A stretch of DNA of 64,000 nt. Origin: Pavona decussata. Lineage: Eukaryota. A program made the position numbers and the translations under genes. The stretch spans positions 248,001 through 312,000 of the forward strand of contig CDRNST010000287.1 of assembly GCA_977016875.1 (NCBI GenBank). Direction: 5' to 3'. Position 1 is the first letter of the stretch, and each line of letters begins with the position of its first letter. Below the pieces are notes generated by a model, which did not search any database, was not told the DNA's origin, and saw nothing but the letters and a program-made list of their open reading frames with translations. Below are positions 10,936 through 23,159 of this stretch, one piece after another.

Positions 10936-12542
10936 ATGGCTATATTAAAAGAAGCACTGCCACTTGTTTTAAGTGCAACTTTAAAAAGCAAAAAATACAA
11001 CGGGGCACTCCTAGGACAAGTGTACGACATTGGTTATACATCATATCATAATCATCAAAACTTTATTTTAAGAACTTCACAACCCACACTGACTGCCTTG
11101 CATGCGAAACAGAACCATCACCACGTTTTATTATTTGACTTCTTCTTAAGATCTTCTTTCTTTTTTGGCAAATGGTCTCCTACCTCACTTCAGGAAGCAA
11201 TAGAAAAACTAAAGGTGGAAAATGCACTGTGTTTCTACTGGAGAGAGCTATTACAAAACTTGAATGTTTTAAATTCTCATATCATTTCATCATGTCAAGT
11301 TCTTTGTACATTTGTTCGCAAATTTACAAAGAGAAGATGTGTTACATACTTGGCAAAAGATGGGCTTTCACCCCAACATGAGGAGGATGAGTCAGCAATT
11401 CGTCAAATGCTGAAAAAATTCCATTTAAAAAAAGACCTAGGAAAGACATCATCCACAGCCCAACCCTCAGACACCTGTTTCCATTGCCACAAGCTACGTC
11501 ACTGGGCAGCTGAGTGCCCAGAGGGACATGAAGTAGAGTGGCTGGCAAAGCAGAAGTGTTTCTTTTGTGGTCACAAGGCCACATACAATTAGCATGCCCC
11601 AAGAAAAGTGAAAAACAACAACTGAAGTCTAAAATCATACAAAATAAGCCTCCTGCTGTTAAGCACACATGGTAGCCAGCTAGCACATCTCTTACAGCTA
11701 GCACATCTCTTACAAAGCTGTTAAGTACTTTAACAGCAAAACCTCTTGATGATTTTACCTGTTATAAACAACTTTCTACATCACCCAGTAGTGATGGTGA
11801 CCCTAGGTGCTTTAAACAAAGGAGTGTTCAGTGGTTTAATTCGCATAAAGGAAAAATCAATGGAAGCAAGGCTGCAACTGCCCTTGGATGGTATGGCAAA
11901 AAGGCAATGCTTGACTACTGGAATCAACTTTTTAGTGATTTGCATGGCTTGCCAACTTCATCAAGTGAATCAAACCTAGCTATGTTATGGGGATCTATTA
12001 ATGAAGATAGTGCTCTTGTCACTTACCTTAAAAACTTTTTTCCAAAAGACAAAGATGGATTGGTTATAAGGGAAACTGGAATTTGGTTTTTAAAGGACAA
12101 AAACAACCGAGATTGGCTAGGATCCTCTCCAGATGGTATAATTGAGCAAGATGGAATTTTAAAAACTGTCATTGAAATACAATGCCCCTACATGGGAGGA
12201 AAACCTATTCCTTACAAAAATGTTTGCATAAACCACATACCCCAAATCATGTTAGAAATGTACTGCACATCAACACAACAATGCCACTATATTGTGTGGA
12301 CACCAATTAGTACAAAAGTCTTCCTTATAGAAAGGGATGATGCATATATAGAATTGCTTCTAAATTACTTGTACAAAAATTGGGGCCTGGCCTCGAGCAA
12401 AATTGAACCAACATGGCACGAAGATGTCTTTGGCTTGAAGCAAAAGAGTAAGGAAATTGCACTCAAAAGCCCCTGCATAAGTTTTATTTCTAATTCATTA
12501 CTAACACCAAATGCTCTTTCTAAGGAGGCTGTGTCATATTGA
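10936..12542 (+). pseudogene. Two CCHC zinc knuckles followed by a YqaJ/lambda-exonuclease-like domain, frameshifted
   Basis: CFHCHKLRHWAAEC and CFFCGHK/GHIQLAC; then QRSVQWF, WGSINE, LGSSPDG, IEIQCP (EIKCP degenerate), PQIMLEM..T....C. Confidence 0.85.
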
Positions 12543-12708
12543 GTAAGGCAAAAGAAGTTTCCAAATCTCCGGAAAATTAACATCTTTTGCAAAATAATGA
12601 ACAAAAAATTGCCCGCTATTTTGAAAATCATTGAGGTATGACGTGACGTCACACTGGCAGTGATCACTGGACCAATGTTTACCCTAGAGACGCCCCCTCC
12701 CTCCTGAG

Positions 12709-13285
12709 CGCTATAGAAATCACACAGCATCCTTTTGACAAGAAAACAAGAGAAACGAAACTGAACTGTCTAAACACATTTGGGCACTCAAAGACAACAA
12801 CAAACCTTTTACCATTAAGTGGAGAATCGTTAAGCAGTGCAGACCTTATAACAACATTAGAAAAAAATGTGATTTATGCCTTTTTGAGAAATTTGTGATC
12901 ATCTACAAGCAGCATTTATGTAATCTAAACAAGCGAAGTGAAGTAGCAAGTCCCTGCCCCCATCGAAATTGATACCTACTCAAGAACTTTGGGATCAAGT
13001 AATGCAATCTTAGAATCACACGCGATTTCAGTTTTTACACCCCATTGTTCTTGTATATCATAGTAACTGTTTTTTATATGCCATAGCAACCTATACTTAG
13101 TTTTTATTGCCACCTTATGTAATTTAACGGTCATTCGTTTATATTGCCTGATGAGTGTGGTCACTCTTAGAGCATACAAAACAGCGTTGTCGCAACAAAA
13201 ACGATGAATTGAAATCTTTCTACTAGTGATCTTTATTATTAACTGCTCCTCTCAGAGTTGAGCGCTCTTTAAATTTATTCTATTC
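12709..13285 (+). mobile_element. Penelope-like element 3' fragment (GIY-YIG C-terminus plus 3' pLTR)
   Basis: RYRNHTASF...[13 protein letters not shown]...KWRI...[11 protein letters not shown]...LNKRSE....CPHRN; degenerate hammerhead CTGATGAG near 13148. Confidence 0.8.
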
Positions 13286-14494
13286 AAGTTCAAGATTTTT
13301 TAATACCATTGTCCAGTACATGACGATGCATAATGTTACCAATTAAATGATTTTTTTTTTCAGGATGGTACTAATTCTGTTCTTACAAATGTTTGCTAAG
13401 TGGCCACTCTGCCCCTACTTTTGCTTGAAATTGGCCACGAAAATAGTCAAACTACATGAAGAGGGAGAGCTTATTCCTCCTTCTTCAAGCAAACAGAGGA
13501 AGAGGAGGACAATCTCTTTCATTTAGTTTTCTAAAAGGCCTAGACCCGCTAAATGTGAATGACCAGAGGGTCATTGAAGATCTTCCAAGCCGTTGGCTGG
13601 AAACCAAAATATGACCACAACATGTAACAAAGGGAATCCTGAAAGCACTTTTTTTATCATTGTTCTATTATAATGTAGCAAGATATTGAGTAATTCTAAC
13701 AACAATAATCTACTTGGTACAGGGAACAACCTAAGTTATATCTTGTAGATGCTTCCTTTTAAGTAACCATACTTGTTGCAACAAGTTTTGGCGGCAATGT
13801 TTCAGCAGTACTCGCTTAATATTTCATTTGGACCAAAATTTAGTTATGTTAAGCAGATCATCTTCGTGTCAATTTCGCTTGTTGTAAGTTTCCATGTATC
13901 CACACTGTCAGGTACGTTCATATTGTCCTCTCACTGTTTGTCTTTTGTATTGTTATTTTATTGCCTTTAGCTCGTACTATTCTTGTTATCTGTCGTTAGC
14001 TTCAGTGTATGTATTTGTTTCTGTTCTAGAAACCACCAGTTACAATTTCATGTAAATTACAGTTTGAAGTAACTATCACGTACGTTTGAATAAATTTACC
14101 AGTGGATTTGCTCCAATACTTAACTTTGTCATTTCAGAGTTCTGTAAAACAAGCTACCTCGAAGGTAAGATCCCACATTGTTATACATTTGAATTCAGTA
14201 ATAACGGTTGAAATTTTGCCTTTATAAATTTTAACGTGTCATTTAACCCATGATTTGGTTAATATCAAATTATGCAAATAAATCATTACCTCACAGCCAT
14301 CCCCTGAGGGCGAAAGAGCTGATTGGGTAAATATTCCTCTCAAGAGCTGTAATTGGAACCTCTTGGAAGGGGACATAGAACAATCAATGTCATAAAATGT
14401 TGCTTGTATTTTCGCATGTTCAAGTTTCAATTTTCTTTTTGAATGATCCTAGGACGATGCAAAAGATGACAGAAAATAAATGTATGTTAAATTG

Positions 14495-15032
14495 GCTTTT
14501 GCAGAGAAGGTACATAACAAGACATGGCTTCACAAAAATTATTTATTTTAACTAGCTATAATGAGACAGGATTGAGTGCAAAGCAATTCCGAGAGACAAA
14601 CTGTTCGGCTTGAACTGCTATTAATAAATAGGGTTCTTTTTCTGTTGTTTTGTAAAAGTTCTGACTAGAATCTATTTTACAAAAGTATGCTAGCTATAAT
14701 GAGACAGGATTTAGTGCAAAACAATTCCGAGAGACAAACTGTTCGGTTTGAACTGCTATTAATAAATAGGGTTCTTTTTCTGTTTTTTTTTGTAAAAGTT
14801 CTGACTAGAATCTATTTTACAAAAGTATGAAGCGCTTTTGCAGAGAAGATACGTAACAAGACATGGCTTCACAAAAATTATTTATTTTAACTAGCTAGAA
14901 TTAGACAGGATTGAGTGCAAAACAATTCCGAGAGACAAACTGTTCAGATTAAACTGCTATTAATAAGTAGGGTTCTTTTTCTGTTGTTTTGTAAAAGTTC
15001 TGACTCGAATCTATTTTACAACAGTATGAAGT
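14495..15032. repeat. Tandem repeat: two ~195-bp units with a partial ~135-bp unit between them
   Basis: ctagctataatgagacaggatt..gagagacaaactgttc..gttctgactagaatctattttacaa occurs three times. Confidence 0.9.
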
Positions 15033-15319
15033 GCATTTTCCTTGGGGATGCACAATCTGCGAGTCAGCGGGGCATGGGAGGCAGGTGTGTGAGGTATCTA
15101 AAAACACCTGAGGCACAAACAGCTCATACCCAGTTCTCGTTTCCTGTTCTTTTTGCTGTTTGTCGCATCCTGGCACTATTTTGATCAACAAGAGCAGAGT
15201 TTTTTCATCAAAACGTTATCATACTAATGTTTTTTTTTTTACGACCACATTTGCATTCACACATGTGAGGTTAACAATATCATTTACAAGCTGAACAGAT
15301 GACAAATAGACGAGTTCAA

Positions 15320-16980
15320 TTATGTGGAAGCCAACAAAAAATGGCTGATCACTTTACATTATGATCCGCCAACAGTGAGAAATCACTGCTTTTATCGCTG
15401 CTTGGCGAAGTCTTTGGACATTGTGGAGGATGATGTTGTAGATATACAAATCATTTATGATTTCTAACCAAGTGATTTGCTCTTAACACACGGTGAGCTT
15501 ACTTCTACTTCCACGACGATTTAGAGAATTCTTCACTTGTCACTTCGTTTACCTACTTGCCATTGTATGTCTTTTGCATCTAACACTATAACCATCACTT
15601 TGTGCTTCTTGTTAAAGTCACTACCTACGTTTAGTACATCGTGTCAGTGCCGTTTTATTGATGCCACCAATGGTCTTCAGTGATACAAATCACCCCCACC
15701 CACCTCCTAGATATATAAGTATGTTGTGGTTTAAATTTGTTTGCAGTTTTACGTTTTTCAAATCAGTATAATTTTTATTAATATGAGACAATGAAAGCCA
15801 ATCACACTGTATTAGCTGAAGGTATCTTGTACATTGGAATGTTTCTAACTTACACTTGTAGGACGGTGAAACAGAAGAAGAGGATTTATTCACGTAATTA
15901 TCAAATGAAGAATTTCCCAGGCTTGGGAAGAGGCCATCGTTATGGCTTCAGGCTGTGGAAGCTTTGCAGAATGAAATGACAATGCATATTCTCATTGCTC
16001 GAATTCCTCCTTTAATAGATGACTTTGGAAAAAATTTAAATCCCTTTCATACGGCATTCTTCAAGCACTTAGATTTAACAAAACAAAATATGAGCCTGCT
16101 ATACATGTCTAAGGAAATGGCTATAAATGGCAGATGATCGAGGGAATGGCATTGTACTCGTAACATTGCAGGAAAACTACGCTACAATTTAGCCAAATTA
16201 GTGGTAAAGTAGTATTTACTAGCCTTTTTATTTTTTAATAGTGAAGGTGAAAACTAGTCGCAAATTTGCGACTCCTCCAAATGTTTTAGCCGTAAAAGCA
16301 AATACCAGATTGGAAGACTTGAAGCCATTGAATCCACAAAGGATAGCTCAGAAGTCGTAAGTTTCCAACTAAAAAGAAAGGCCTCGATGAGAATTCATTG
16401 TTTTCTTATATTTTTGAGCAGAAAATGATGTTTATGTCGTTTCCAAAGATGAACTTTCAATGAGCTGGAAGTCCAAAAGCAGCAGCTGGAACCACCACCA
16501 GGGAAGGGTGGAAAATGCACTCTGCATCCACCATCCAAAGAAAGTCTCCTGAAACCGGGAATTTTGCGTAACAATGACAACGATGATAATCTAGTCACTG
16601 CAGATAACCAGCATTCCACAAGCCCTTAGAAGGACAACGAATACTATGACGTACAAGATGTAATTGGTAGACCGCTGTGAAAAGATGCAGTTTGTTATAA
16701 GTACAAAGTCTGCTTCCAGGGTTATGGGTCAGAAGAAGAAATGTGGCTCCCTGCATTCCTCTTTTAATAGAGCTATTATATTTGTGTCTGCCTCAACTTT
16801 TGGGAGAAAAAGAAAACACACCTTCGACCTGGAAAATGTCATAGCAGACAACAAAAGAGCAAGGCAATCTCCAACTTTCACTGCAGGGCCTCTGGCAAAA
16901 GAGAAACGAGCAATGCGAAGCAAACTAAATGCAGGAGAACAAAAAACCTTGAATGTACATCATAGAAATCTGTACAGGAG
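15320..16980 (+). pseudogene. Degraded multi-exon gene with a possible OTU-like start, cut by the Academ-like element
   Basis: HYDPPTVRNHCFYRCLAKSL resembles the OTU DGNCFYR box; further exon-like pieces near 15860 and 16810; weak. Confidence 0.3.
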
Positions 16981-17140
16981 CAACCTCGTTCCCAGGGTCT
17001 CTCGCCTTCCCGCCCAAGCGAGAGAGGAGAGACCCTGGTTGGGTCTGGTCACGTGTCTCCCAGAATCTGGGAGATGACAATTAAATCATTGAAGGGAGAG
17101 GCGTCCTAGTATTAATTTTGTCCATACTGAGCCTACTTGA

Positions 17141-20100
17141 GTGTGGAATATGTTGTCACCAAAATACACCTCGTTTCACGTGCTTCCACGATATGTTGTT
17201 TTGCAGCAATGTCCGACGGTAATATTTTGCAAACGCCGAAAAAAACTTATGCATCGTCTGATAATGGAAATCAAAGTTGCTGTAGGTTGTGTGGTGCAGT
17301 TAAGGACTTTTAAGTATTGTAAAAATCTCTTCAAGAATTTAAATGAAGAATTGCTTGCAGCGGCTGAGGTGGTGTATGGAGGAACTCTACCAGGGAATGA
17401 ATTAAGACCACATCTACTATGTAGGCCATGTGAACGACGGTTAAATAATTTCAAAGCATTCAAGGCCATGATCACTGAAAGCCAAAGTCACTTCCAAAGG
17501 AGCGATAGAGTGAAAAGATGTATTCAAGCGTCACCGTCCGCGCCCTCCACTCTGAAGAGCGTGAAGGATGATACCAGTGATACTAGTATTCGTCGTCACC
17601 GCAGTCTAAATTTCGCTGTCGCTGGTGATAAAAAAGACTTGTCTTTAACTGAAAAGGAGGTTAGAAAAAGAAAAATATAATTTTTGTGTCATTAATAATT
17701 CTTCTGCGTGGGTACAACAGCATTCCATTGATTTCCTTGTTTGTATGATGATTCACGATTGTGACACCTCGAATATTTTCTGACATCTTCAGAATGACTT
17801 ACCGGAGCCACTGGAAATCTCTCAAACCATGAATCTGCAAGAACATCCAGCTGAACCAAAGGTAAATTTATTTTTAAGCTTGTTTTCATTCATTCTAAGG
17901 CTTGTTGTTTGGTTACTTGTCAAATAATTTCAGAATTACTGAGTGAGATTTTAACTTGTTCGACAAGGATGCCGTTGTTAATTTCACCTTTGTATTTTCC
18001 TCTAGATAAGAAGACCTTTAGCCGACGAAAACAGATATGAAGACGTTCTGCAAAAAGTTCTTGTTAAAGTAGAAAATGAGTTGTTAGAGGTGGCGCGAAG
18101 AGTGACAAAGTCGGTTCTAAGAGAACGAGGATTGCCTGGTATGGGTACCCTAAACTTTGAGGAGATTGTCAAAGAAGTAGAGACTCACTGTTGAACAGTG
18201 TTCAAGTTGTTATTGCAGATGATCCAACTCAGTCACAACTCCAAAAAAAAGACAGCTCCTTTGGCTCTTATATATGGAATCATTATGTTTAGGAGATGCA
18301 AAGAGTTAAGCTGTGTTCAGCGAGTCAACACAGTCCTTCTTAATGACGGCGGTGCAAGTAAAGAGGTGGGTAGACTACAGAATTGAACTACTTATAATCA
18401 GCTGATAATAAAGCTTTTGAAATATTAAAAATATTTAAAAATATTCAGGAGTCGTTACATGTATTAATAACGAAGGTTTAGAGAATTTAACCCATCAATT
18501 GTACATTGCAATTATTTCTGTGACTTTTGGATATTTTGCAATTCAATATTTTTTGGGAGGGTTTCTATACCACTTCATTATCATTATTGCTATTAATGGT
18601 TTTACTGATATTACGCCATGCAAAGATCATTTCACCAGGTTTTCAGTATTTGAGGTATATTTAAGGGTAAATTTAATAATCTTAGAAGAATTTGTGTACA
18701 TTTGAGAGTAAAGGTTTGCAGAGACAGACCATGAAAAATAGGTGTGGAATTTCCTTGGTAAACATGGCCAAATTAAAACAATTTAGTCTCTTCAGTTACC
18801 AATACCTGATTGTGTGCAGGGACTCATGATAGTTGTAGGCATACAACGCTCCAACTCTTGACATCTTTAAGACTGCATGCCAAAACCATGATTCCCTGCA
18901 CGCCTCCCAGGGAATAGTGAAATATTTAGATCCTTTTCAGGTAAAACAGCAAAATTATGTTTCTATTCTATTTTAAGCTTGTAGATAGTCTTAACAAGTA
19001 TGGATTTTGCCTGGAGAAATCCATGAAATATACTATTCAAGAAGAAATAGGGAAACATTTCCTGGATCATGTCGTACAGCTTGTAAAGGAAGGCAGATCA
19101 TTTGTATTTGTTCTGGACAATAATGATTGGGACGCCAAGGTGCATGACACGAGGTCTGACAAGCAAAACCGAAGTGTCCATCTGAAGTGTCCATCCTGTG
19201 GCCACCAGCATAGTATTTGATCGTGTTTCTTCTAAGCACTTACCAGATGCTGGCCCAAAAAACAGTCTGGCAAATTACAACCTCAAAGACATCTTAAGTC
19301 TGAATGATGAGGAAAAAAGATGTACAAGGGAGCGGTACAAAGTGTTCATTGGACGAATCTTAGTTGAGTTCTTTCCAGCATTTGCTTTTCTTAAGGACTT
19401 TGTCCCTGATCATACACCTTGTGAGTATCACACGGAGATGAGTACCAAATCAGTTGTGGTACCACTGCCAGTCCTCCTCAAAGATGAAAAGAAGTATGCT
19501 GCGGTTGTTGATGTGCTTGATCAGCTTGAGCTCTGGACACGCGAGATATACAGTACGGCTGGCCTTTGCAATCCTGCAGACCCAGAGCATGTCCCACCTG
19601 GTCCTCCCATTGGAGCTCCTGCTAGACGGGATCAACCAGCTTCCTGGTGCCACCAGTTCCGGATGCCACACTCCACAAGACAGATTGGATCACCTGCATT
19701 TATTCGGAATAGTGGACTGGCACACTAAGAGAAGCTTCCTTAAGGTAAAATGCCATTTCTTATTTTTTTTTTTTCATTTTTTAAGTGTATTGAAATCCTC
19801 ATCTACTATAAAATGCTCAATAGCAGAGCTAGAGCTATGGATAATTATGATCCAAGGGCTGGGTTATTTACACATTTACTGCAACTCTGAGTTTCATGCT
19901 TCTTGCGAAGCAATGATCAGGCAGCAAGAAGCAAGAGTTGCAGTAACTGTTTAAATAACCCAGCTCTTGGATTGTATCGTAGATCCTATATATACACACA
20001 TAGACTTGAACTACAGTGCTAGTCGAGTTCCCTAGGGACAGTTCACAACCAAGCGGTAAATGTCCCTCTCCTGCTCTTCTCGCCCCTCTCAATGTTGTTT

Positions 20101-21964
20101 TCGGCAATTGTTCTTGTCAAACTTGTGAGCCAACATTGAGAGGGCAGGGTAGCGAGATCTGTCGCAAGTAATTTGACTAGCACTGTAGGTCAAAAACATT
20201 TATTTGCTTCTCTGAGTTTCATGCTTACGAACCATATCATATCATATATATATGAAGTAAATGTCTGGCAATGTGTACATTATTTTTTTATGAAAAGGGG
20301 GGTGTTAAAAACATAATCAGGCTTATCAATGTGACAGTAGCATTTTTATGCTAATAGATATTCTATTGCCAGACATTTATTTCATTACGCTGCAAGAATC
20401 TTTTACTACTTATTACGACATGCCCTTGTTTCTTCGATAATTTTTTATTAAATATAAAAAAATAAGTGTGAAAAATCAAGTTGCAGTTGACAATTAAGTC
20501 TACAAAAAGTGCTTGTCTCCGCTTCGATAAGTGCCTTTTGTAAGAGTTTATCGATGACTGCAATTCAATTCAGTACTACATAGCAACAATTTGCTTTTTA
20601 TTTTAAAAAAAATAAAAATTAAATTTATGTTTAGTTTAAAATTCTTCATTCTGTCCACTTTTTTGAAAAGTGACTTGGAAGTGGATTTATGGGCTAGGAC
20701 ATGCAATTTTAGCAAATTTCAGCAAAGATGAACTGGTTGCTAAATTATCTCAAGGTCATGTTTCTGTTATACGTGGCAGCGATTTAGTCACTAGAATACT
20801 GTTGGTATACCAAGTGAAGTTTAGAACTCATTATTAACAGGAATAAATGGCGGGTTTTAAATACTATGACCTAGCCCCTTTAAGGATGATTCTGAACCAT
20901 TTAGATGTAAAATACACTTGAACCATAATTAATATTATTTTTTGTAGCTTATTTTTAAGAAGCTGTACAAGAATTCTGCCCGTTAAAAAGGGACATTGCG
21001 GTTCTTTTGAAAAAACACTACAACAAAGAAATGTAACTATTGATGTCAAACACTTAGCAGACTGCGGACAGTTATTTTTAAGCATTGGCCGGTGTTTGAC
21101 AATTCGCGCATTACTTAATTTCTTCAATATGGAAACCACGGATGCTCGTCCTACCAGGAACAGACCCCCATATCATGTTTTGGATGTTGAAGACAACAAG
21201 AAGGGCTATTATCATTCTGTTCTGGATAAATTCATTGATGAATTCCTCATCATCTCAGCCCATGACATTGATGAAGGCAGCTCTGATGATGATGATTTCG
21301 TTAGAAACTACTCCATGTGTCTCCTGAAGTACTTCCTTGTTTATGCAGATCCTCAGGATGCAGTAAGGGAAGGAAATGGCAAGAGACTTGGAACCCTGCA
21401 CAAACAGTTGCTGCCCCTTTAGAAGTCAATTCCTGGGTTCAATGCCTATGCAATTGAGATGTTCATAAACATTGCGCAGAATGAAGTGCTACTTTCAGAG
21501 GCAGAATCACATCAGTGTACTTGGGCTGCCACTGCAAACTGGAAAGGTGGACCTAGAAAAAACATTGAAATTGACATTCTGGAAGAGAACAGGAACAAAG
21601 ACATCAAGAAAGAGATACGGGGAATGGGTGCCAACAAACTAACAAAGCAATCGACCGTGCCAGCAGAGCTGCTGGGGGACAACGGAAAATAATGGAAAAT
21701 TTTGAACCGCAAGTTGGCTGAGGCGTCCAACATTCTTCACATAGTCACAAATCCTCTGCAACAGATGAAGCACAGTATGCAGGGATCTTCGTGATCTTAA
21801 ACCATTCGCCTTTGTGCCTAACAGAAACCACGATTCATTCCCAGAGATAATGGCTGATCCTTGGCCTAATCAAATGAGGAATACAATAAATGGGTGGCCC
21901 GGCATAATAAGAATCTTCTGCTCAATGCTCCAATTGGACAGGAGGATGAGGAGGATGAGCAGTG
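17141..21964 (+). pseudogene. DUF6589/Academ-type transposase gene A, multi-exon, with N-terminal zf-AD-like finger
   Basis: LCRPCERRL; FVFVLDNNDW; VVVPLPVLLKDEKKY; VDWHTKRSFLK; DAVREGNGKRL; YAIEM; ANWKGGPRKNIEIDILEENRNK; GDQL segment deleted; several frameshifts. Confidence 0.85.
20014..20185. mobile_element. TA-flanked MITE in an intron
   Basis: ta-cagtgctagtc ... gactagcactg-ta. Confidence 0.8.
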
Positions 21965-22152
21965 AACTTTCATGGTTTAACAGTTGTCATAAATCATGGA
22001 CATGATAGTGGACTTGACATTACCTTCATGAGCATGTAAATTGGAAAATAAGGCCCATCCGAATTCCTTATACAAAGGATTTCTGATTAGCAAATAGTCC
22101 AGTTTCCAAATCTCCATGGCCACTGAATGAAAACAGGGAAGGCACATTTTTA

Positions 22153-22302
22153 CAGTGTTAGCCTCGACCTGAACCAGATCTTTTCACAAATTCCGGCAAG
22201 GAGATGATGTGTTTGCACTCTGTCGATTGATTAATATTCAAATTTACAGTGCTTTCCTGTCGGTATTTGTGAATATTACACTTTAGGTCGAGGCTAACAC
22301 TG
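22153..22302. mobile_element. TA-flanked MITE
   Basis: ta-cagtgttagcctcgacct ... aggtcgaggctaacactg-ta, perfect 18-bp TIR. Confidence 0.85.
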
Positions 22303-23159
22303 TATTGAAGCGCCTTCCCTGTTTTTACTCTGCGGCCATGCCGAATTTGAAACTGGACTATTGCTGCCCCTTGCCTAACCTTTGTACATAGTGCTATAGC
22401 AAAAGTTAGATAACCCCAGTGGGGAGGCTGACAGTGGTATGAACTGAGTTTAAATAATTGGCCCAGTAAAGAAATTTGGCTTGTGAGTTGGTTCTTGTTT
22501 AGTTGAAAATAAAAGGGAGGTACAATTATTCTAGAATGATTTACAGATCTCCTTATGGAGGCAATCGTGGAAAACATGACCCAGGGAAGATCAGACGTGG
22601 CTGCCACTAGGAGTTGAATTATATTATATTTCCCTCTGATGTTCACCATATCCTCTACCAGTGCTCTGCTTCTTTACCTTTCTTTCTGTCCAATAGAGAC
22701 CATTGACATTACCCTCTCTGCATTTCTAACAATGCAAGTTGTACAATTATAATATTTTGGATTGATGCCTACTGGGCAGTTTTATGTAGGGTGCATGGGG
22801 CGGGGACAGGGGGGGGGGAGGGCACACCCTATCCTAACACTGAGTTCTTGTACTATATATTTTCCCCAAAATCTTACAAAACTGATTTCTAAAATGCTGC
22901 ACTCTCCTGAAGAATGGTTGTGGAACTCTTTGTAGACCATGGTTTTCTTGAACATTGTTTCATTCAATTACATCCATTAATACCCTTACATATACAGTAA
23001 TATTCTTAAGTTTGTAGTAAAAGATTCTTTTGTCAGACCTGGTTGATATTTCTTCCAGTTACTTCAAAGTGAAAGATGTGGGAGTGACATACACTACATG
23101 CTCATAAAAAATATGTATAAATATAATCATACATATTTCACCAAATATTTACTTGTAGG

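Noticed and set aside
8261-12542. Prophage (tyrosine integrase plus lambda exonuclease)
   Set aside because: The integrase belongs to a gag-RT-YR retroelement and YqaJ is fused to zinc knuckles; no phage structural genes; a LINE intervenes
22158-22649. 163-aa - strand ORF as a third Academ gene
   Set aside because: Overlaps a TA-flanked MITE and has no recognisable motif
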